DNA of 64,000 bases. Source: Bryobacterales bacterium (GTDB lineage Bacteria; Acidobacteriota; Terriglobia; Bryobacterales; UBA6623). The position numbers were made by a program, and so were the translations under genes. This document shows, piece by piece, positions 58,580-64,000 of the stretch (positions are counted from its first letter, which is position 1; each line of letters begins with the position of its first letter). A model generated the notes under the pieces. That model saw nothing but the letters and a program-made list of their open reading frames with translations, ran no database searches and had not been told where the DNA came from. The stretch lies in assembly GCA_965237575.1 (NCBI GenBank), contig CBDEGI010000002.1, forward strand, positions 607,022-671,021, in the 5' to 3' direction.

Positions 58580-61480
58580 TTAGTTCGTCTTGTAGTTCAC
58601 CCACATGGGGCTGCCCCAGGCCATGTTGTTGTCCTGCTGGATCACGCGCACGTAATAGTAGTGGGTACCGGGCTCGATGTCGGCATCGGTGTAGGTGAAG
58701 GTGACTTCGCTGACTCCGGGGTGAGCGGTGTAGACGAAGGTGTTGTTCTTGATGATGTCGATTTGTTGGATCTCGCCCGTGCCGATGATTCGCACATCTA
58801 ATCGGGGCGGTTCGGTGGCGGAGAACTCCTCGCCCATCGCGTGGCCGCCGCTTTGAAAGTCGACGATGATGTTGTCCGTCGCGGCGTAGGTGCGGCGGGC
58901 ATGGAGTGAATCCCAGATGCCGTCGTAGCTGCGTTCCGGCGTATAGACCGCGGCGTACGACATGTGGGTCGAGCGATGGTCGGAGCTGGCGATAAACCCC
59001 ATCTTGTAACCCTTCGCCAGCGCGTTCCAGATGAAACCTTTGGGGTGAATCTCGCCCGACGAAATATAGCCCCCGACCACGATCTTCTCCGCCACCGCTC
59101 CTCGCGGCGCGCCCAAGTACTCATAAGAATCACGGTTGCCCTGGAACATCTCAACGAGACGCTCGGCCTGTTCGTCGTTGTAGCGCCAGTCGGTACCCAT
59201 CTGGGTAGCGGTAGTGTGCGGGATGCTGATGGCTTGCTGCTCGCCGCCTGACAGCAGTTGCTTCCAGAGCATCAGCATGTCGTCTTCGGCGACGCCGTTG
59301 GCGCGCTCGCCCGGCTTGATGCGCACCGGCTGATAGCCACGCGAGCGCCACACAATGTTTCGATGGCCGTCGGGATAGGCGACCGTCCGCTCGTAGTTCA
59401 GCAACGGATAGAACACGCCGGGAATCTTGTAGACATCGACGGCCTTGTCGACCATGCGCCAAAGATACGACGTATCCACCTTCTCGGGCAGCAGGTGTTC
59501 CGACGGCCCGAGGAAGTCCATGCGGGCGGCGTCGATGGCGTAGCGGTAGCAGTCGTAAAGGCTGCCGTCGCTGTAGCCGTCGAACGAGAGGTCGGTGTGG
59601 CGGTGCAGGTCGCCCCAGGTCACGTGATACTTCTTGCCGCCCACCTCCATCTGGTAGGTCTTCCACAGTGGCGTGGCGAGCTTGGGTTCGGCGTCGCTGA
59701 CGATCTCGGGTGCCGGCAGGTCATCGGCGCCGACGAAGAACTCGCTTTCGACGTGTCCGCCGGGGACTTTGTCGAGATCGATCTTGCCGGCATAGACGTC
59801 GTATTGCCAGAAGCGCGCGTCATCGGGGAGATAACTCTTGCCGTCTGTCTGTGACGCCAGCCAAAGACTGCCCGAGGGATCGACGGCGGCGGCGGGGCGT
59901 TGCTCAATGCGTCCGTCGGAGAAGGGAATCCACACGGGCGGCGTCCACCCATGGCCGTCGAACATGGTGACTTTGTAATCCCAGTAGGGGAAGATCGAGC
60001 GCGCGGCGACCGTGGGTGGGTTCGGGCGCCCCAGCGTGCGCGTTCGCAGGATGGCCCAGACGCGGCCCTTGCCGTCCACTTGAAGAACGGGGTACTCGGT
60101 GTAAGTGCGGCGCGCGCTGTCGAGGCCGAGCGCCATCCAGCTTCCCGTGATCGGGCTCGCTGCAAAGCGGTGATCGATCGGGACGGCGGGTTTGGCGATG
60201 CGGCCGCGATCGAGCACGCGCACCTGTGCCTGGCGATGGAAGTAGAGGCCGCTCTCACCGCGGTGGATTCCGTTGATGCCGTAATGGTCCTTGCCCCAGT
60301 TCGGCCCGCCGTTGTCCCAGGCCATCCAGAGGCGCTCGCGATGGTCGTAGGCGAGGCTGACGTGCGCTTGGAAGTCGGGGCTGGCGGTGATGCGCTCGAG
60401 CGGCCCAAGCTTGCCGTCGACGTAGCGCCGCAGAAAGATGTCGTAGTTGCCATGGCGGTAGCTGTCCCAGGCGATCGCGGCCTCGCCGCGTGAGTTGACG
60501 GCGACCGAGGGTTCCCAATCGTTCGCCGGGTGCCCGGTGACCTTAATCGGCGCGGACCAGTCGTCGCCGCGCCGGACCATCAGTGAAATGTCCGTATTGC
60601 CTTGGGCGTTGGCTTTCTCACCGGACTGGTAGACGAGATAAACGTCGCCGTTGGGCGCGGCCGCCATGCGCGGGAAGGTGTCGGGTCCGGGTCCGCGCGT
60701 CAGTGGTTCCACCACCGGGACGCCGCCGATCGAGTATCCGGCTTTCAAGAGTTGGACGCGGCCGGCACGAATGGCCGACGCTACGGCGGTCACGGCCCGG
60801 GGTTTGGTCGCTATAAGCGCGACCTGGTAGTAATCGCCCGGCGGCGCGAGCGTGACGGGCTCGTCCCACGCTTTGCCGTCAATGGACGAGCGAAGTTGGA
60901 TCGTATCGGCGCCGTTCTCGAACGCAATCCATGCCACCCAGACGCGTCCGTCCGGCCCGATCGTCATCGCCGGATAGTCGTCGTCGGCGAGGCTCTCGGA
61001 CATGCGCTCCACCGCGGGGACGCGCTCGATGCGGATGCGGCTGTCCAGCCGCTTCAAGGTTTGCTGATAGCGCACCTCGCCCGCGCGAAAGGACGCGCTG
61101 CCCTGCTTGGTTTCGATCGAGACGCGGGCTTGATCGCCGCCTTCGACATCGACGACGACGCCCTTCCAGCGCGTGGGAGGGAAGTCGGCGGCGTCCTTCG
61201 GCTCCATCTGGAGTTTGCCGTCCCACTGGTTGCCGCACTTCCACGACGAGGCGTCGAACGTCTCGCCGGGGCCGAAGTGATGGGCGGTGACGATCGTCGC
61301 GCCAGCCTCCGCCGAGATGCTGCCGCTCCAATCGACGACCGCCGGATCGGCGCCTCCGAAGAGGATACGGAAGCGTTGCTGCGCGGGGAGGGCCTGCTGT
61401 GCGGAGAGGGGTAGCGCCGCCGCGAGCGCCACCAAGCAGAGTAAGGTTCGAGTGGAAAGGGTCGGGGTTGATCCACACAT
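58580..61480 (-). CDS. Secreted beta-propeller + PHP/CehA-McbA-like metallohydrolase
   Basis: Signal peptide MCGSTPTLSTRTLLCLVALAAALPLSAQQ (ATG 61480). Propeller repeats: GPDGRVWVAWIAF, NDWEPSVAVNSRGEAAIAWDSY. PHP-like metal motif: WGDLHRHTDLSFDG. The ORF-track start at 61720 is unlikely. Confidence 0.7.
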   Translation of the reverse strand: MCGSTPTLSTRTLLCLVALAAALPLSAQQALPAQQRFRILFGGADPAVVDWSGSISAEAGATIVTAHHFGPGETFDASSWKCGNQWDGKLQMEPKDAADFPPTRWKGVVVDVEGGDQARVSIETKQGSASFRAGEVRYQQTLKRLDSRIRIERVPAVERMSESLADDDYPAMTIGPDGRVWVAWIAFENGADTIQLRSSIDGKAWDEPVTLAPPGDYYQVALIATKPRAVTAVASAIRAGRVQLLKAGYSIGGVPVVEPLTRGPGPDTFPRMAAAPNGDVYLVYQSGEKANAQGNTDISLMVRRGDDWSAPIKVTGHPANDWEPSVAVNSRGEAAIAWDSYRHGNYDIFLRRYVDGKLGPLERITASPDFQAHVSLAYDHRERLWMAWDNGGPNWGKDHYGINGIHRGESGLYFHRQAQVRVLDRGRIAKPAVPIDHRFAASPITGSWMALGLDSARRTYTEYPVLQVDGKGRVWAILRTRTLGRPNPPTVAARSIFPYWDYKVTMFDGHGWTPPVWIPFSDGRIEQRPAAAVDPSGSLWLASQTDGKSYLPDDARFWQYDVYAGKIDLDKVPGGHVESEFFVGADDLPAPEIVSDAEPKLATPLWKTYQMEVGGKKYHVTWGDLHRHTDLSFDGYSDGSLYDCYRYAIDAARMDFLGPSEHLLPEKVDTSYLWRMVDKAVDVYKIPGVFYPLLNYERTVAYPDGHRNIVWRSRGYQPVRIKPGERANGVAEDDMLMLWKQLLSGGEQQAISIPHTTATQMGTDWRYNDEQAERLVEMFQGNRDSYEYLGAPRGAVAEKIVVGGYISSGEIHPKGFIWNALAKGYKMGFIASSDHRSTHMSYAAVYTPERSYDGIWDSLHARRTYAATDNIIVDFQSGGHAMGEEFSATEPPRLDVRIIGTGEIQQIDIIKNNTFVYTAHPGVSEVTFTYTDADIEPGTHYYYVRVIQQDNNMAWGSPMWVNYKTN

Positions 61481-63198
61481 GGTTCGCACCGATCCACAAT
61501 CATACTGGAACCAGCGTGTGCATCGGTCGCACAAATGATTCGAGCTGTCCGGCTCAACTAGCCAAGGGCTACACGCCTCCCATCTGCTGGAACAAGGCGC
61601 CGATCTGCCGACGGTCAGGCGCTGCTCGTCAAGCTCACAGCGATCTACCTGCATCTGTCCGAGCGTCTGGCCGTTATCATTCGTGCGGTCCGCCGGCCAC
61701 AGCGGGTGCGAAATGCTCACGGCCGCTGGACAGCCGAGCGTCGCGCCTCCTCAAGCGGTGAAGCATCGACGTTCTGGGCAACGGAAGCCACTGGTTCTAA
61801 AGGGTTTCGAACCGCTTTACACTTTTGGAGACGAGCCCTTTTATCTTGGTTTGACGCTGAGCCGATCCAATAGTGCCTACTTGAGGTAAAATCAGCTAAC
61901 CTTAATGGTCCTGATCGAACTTCTGCACTCGGAGGGAAACATGAATATCCCAAGTTCTGTCTCACATATACCCTTTATTCGTGCGGGCAGGCTTTGCCGG
62001 TGCCTGGCGCTCTTCGTCGTCGTTCTTTTCCCCTGTCAGACTCGGAGTCAGATTGAAACAGGCAATCTTATGGGGTTAATCGCCGACGGCACCGGGAGCG
62101 CGGTGCCGGATGCCGCACTCACCGTCTCCTCGGCGAGCACGAGCCTACAGCGGACCACCAAGTCTAACGCGTATGGGCGCTATTTCGTGCCCTATCTTAC
62201 TCCGGGGAAATACGAGCTGGGAGTCAGCAAGAACGCGTTCAAGAAAGCCGTCGTGTCTGCTATCACGCTCGAGGTGCACCAAACCGCCCGAGTCGACGTC
62301 AGTTTGGAGGTCGGAGACATCGAAACGACAATCACGGTCGAGGCGCCGGCTGCCGCAACGCTGCAAAGCGATAACACGACTGTGGGAGGAGACATCGAGC
62401 AACGTGCTCTCGAGGAGCTGCCGGGACGTGACGTTTTTACCTCCCTCAGTCTGTCGACTAACGTGGCCAACCTCAGGATGCATGGTTTCAATGGCAACGT
62501 GCTGAGCGGTCTCCAGCCCGGCAGTAATCGATTCCTCTCGGCGAACATGAATTTTGGCGGGCAGCGCCAGACGGCGAATTACTACTGGCTGGACGGACTT
62601 TCCAACACCAACTGGAACATCAACTCCATGACGAACACCCCGTCTGTTGAGTCGCTCCAAGAGGCCCGGGTTCAGGTCAGCACTAGCTCGCAACAATTCG
62701 GCCAGGCACCGGGAGGAATCATAAACGTAGTGACGCGAGCCGGAACGAACGACTTCCACGGCGAAGTCTACAATTACCTGCGCAACGACGCTCTCGATGC
62801 CCAGCCCTATAACTTCAGTTCGGAGGTCCAGCCGAAAGCCCCACTGCACCATAACCAGTTCGGCGCAAGCTTCGGCGGACAGCTGATAAGCGACAAGGTC
62901 TTCTTCTTCGCCCACTATGAAGGCTTGGAGGCGCGCAGCCGGCAGGAAGGTAGCGCTTCGCCCCCCACCCACCGCGCTCGCGAAGGCGACCTGACGGATT
63001 ACGGCCGGACCATCTACGATCCGCTCAGTACGAGCGGCGGTTTCCGAACGCCATTCCCGAACAACACGATTCCAAGGAATCGATTCAGCCCGGTCGCGAA
63101 CAAGTATCTTGAGTTCACGCCGCTCCCCAACGTGCCCGGTGAGATTCAGCGGAACTTCCTCGGGCAGCGGCCCTCGAGAACGCACAACAATCAGGGCA

Positions 63199-63452
63199 TC
63201 GGGGTATGCACTTGACTCCCGACGACCCCACACCTTGTGGTCGGCGACTGCGGCGACCGTACCCTCGAGGGGCCATCGGGCAGCGGTCGTGGGTCCTATA
63301 GCCGCCGCTCATTGCGCCCCGCGGGGGGACGGCAGCGGTTGACTTTGAAACCTGAAGGCGAAGCGCTCTTGAAACTCCCCAGCGTGCGCGAATAGTCCTC
63401 CAGAGCCCGGATACTAGACCTTGGGGCTTCGGGAGTCAAGTGCATACCCCAG
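63199..63452 (+). mobile_element. Family A TIR element, copy 3 (254 bp), inside the TonB-dependent receptor gene
   Basis: tcGGGGTATGCACTTGACTCCCGA…TCGGGAGTCAAGTGCATACCCCag, flanked by TCAGGGCA (63191-63198 and 63453-63460). Confidence 0.85.
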
Positions 63453-63461
63453 TCAGGGCAA

Positions 63462-63736
63462 ATGGGGTATCCACTTGACTCAGGTAGCCCCTAGGCGTTG
63501 TGGTTTGGTCGATCCATGGACGCCAGCACACTGCACCCAGAATGCACCCTGGGGCGCCAGACGCCGGTCTGCAGGCAATTGGGCCACGAGGCTGCGTTTC
63601 GGGCCGATCAAGGATTACGCACGCGCCATGGCCATCGCAGGCTTGGAAACGTGGTGCTATCGGCAAGCCTTTCCGGGGGCCGCCAATGGCCAACCACAGT
63701 ATGTTGTGGTCACCTGAGTCAAATGGATACCCCACT
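63462..63736 (+). mobile_element. Family B TIR element, copy 2 (275 bp), immediately adjacent to the family A copy
   Basis: atGGGGTATCCACTTGACTCAGGT…ACCTGAGTCAAATGGATACCCCact, flanked by TCAGGGCAA (63453-63461 and 63737-63745). Confidence 0.85.
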
Positions 63737-64000
63737 TCAGGGCAATCTACGCATCGACACTCAACTCGCGCCGACGGACTGGCTGAGCGGCGCTTTCCAT
63801 GTCAACGAGCAAAAGCAGAACGTGGAAGATGTCTACAACGGTATCACCGGAACTTCCACGCGCACGCGGGCTTGGAATGCGACCCTCAACGAAACGCACG
63901 TCTTCAGCCCGTCGCTGATCAACAACTTCAAGATCGGATACAACCGGCTCGTGGCCGTTGACGGCGTCTATAGCGAGTTTCGGCGAGACATCATCGGGGA

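Larger units (their letters stand above)
61941..64000 (+). pseudogene. TonB-dependent receptor (CarboxypepD_reg + plug + barrel), interrupted by two TIR elements; 3' end beyond window
   Basis: GGAGGG lies 4 nt before ATG 61941. Signal peptide present. CarboxypepD_reg: LMGLIADGTGSAVPDAALTVSS…YGRYFVPYLTPGKYEL. Plug: …GGIINVVTRAGTNDFHG…. The reading frame is restored across 63199..63745 (…RTHNNQG|NLRIDTQLAPTDW…) when both elements and the duplicated targets are removed. Confidence 0.85.

Overview
High-GC (~62%) bacterial chromosome segment, most likely Acidobacteriota of the Solibacter/Bryobacter type. The taxonomic call is from memory: a Solibacter-type C-terminal domain, a CarboxypepD_reg-type TonB-dependent receptor, and kinase and wHTH fusions to TolB-like propellers. 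About 48 genes are present.

Housekeeping and metabolic genes:
- glnA, gnd, HAD phosphatase, aldehyde dehydrogenase, SDR, tandem USP, AmpG-like MFS

Secreted glycan-degrading enzymes:
- GH33 sialidase, esterase, amidohydrolase, beta-propeller GH-like proteins, PHP-type metallohydrolases, PhoD, haem peroxidase

Other genes and modules:
- a cpaB-cpaF-tadB-tadC module
- one intact and two decayed VapBC-type toxin-antitoxin loci
- a GNAT plus adenylase-ACP-PlsC lipid module

Most interesting locus (15.5-21.1 kb): a translationally coupled six-gene operon. It reads membrane protein, wHTH regulator, UppS-like cis-prenyltransferase, polytopic VIT/vWA protein with a PEP-CTERM tail, dedicated exosortase, EpsI-like protein.

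Second theme, recent genome flux:
- Two related families of TIR/TSD-bounded non-autonomous elements are present: A ~254 bp, B 275 bp.
- Four of their five copies sit inside genes, including a back-to-back A+B insertion at one target in a TonB-dependent receptor gene.
- Other repeats: an oriented 20-bp palindromic REP-like repeat (4 copies), a 57-bp repeat that supplies the last codons and stop of two unrelated genes, and a 5'-truncated RAYT-like transposase in a 3.7-kb repeat-rich gene desert.
- About a quarter of the genes are disrupted by frameshifts, a 19-bp tandem duplication, or element insertions. Several frameshifts lie in homopolymers, so sequencing error must be excluded.

No rRNA, tRNA or CRISPR was found.
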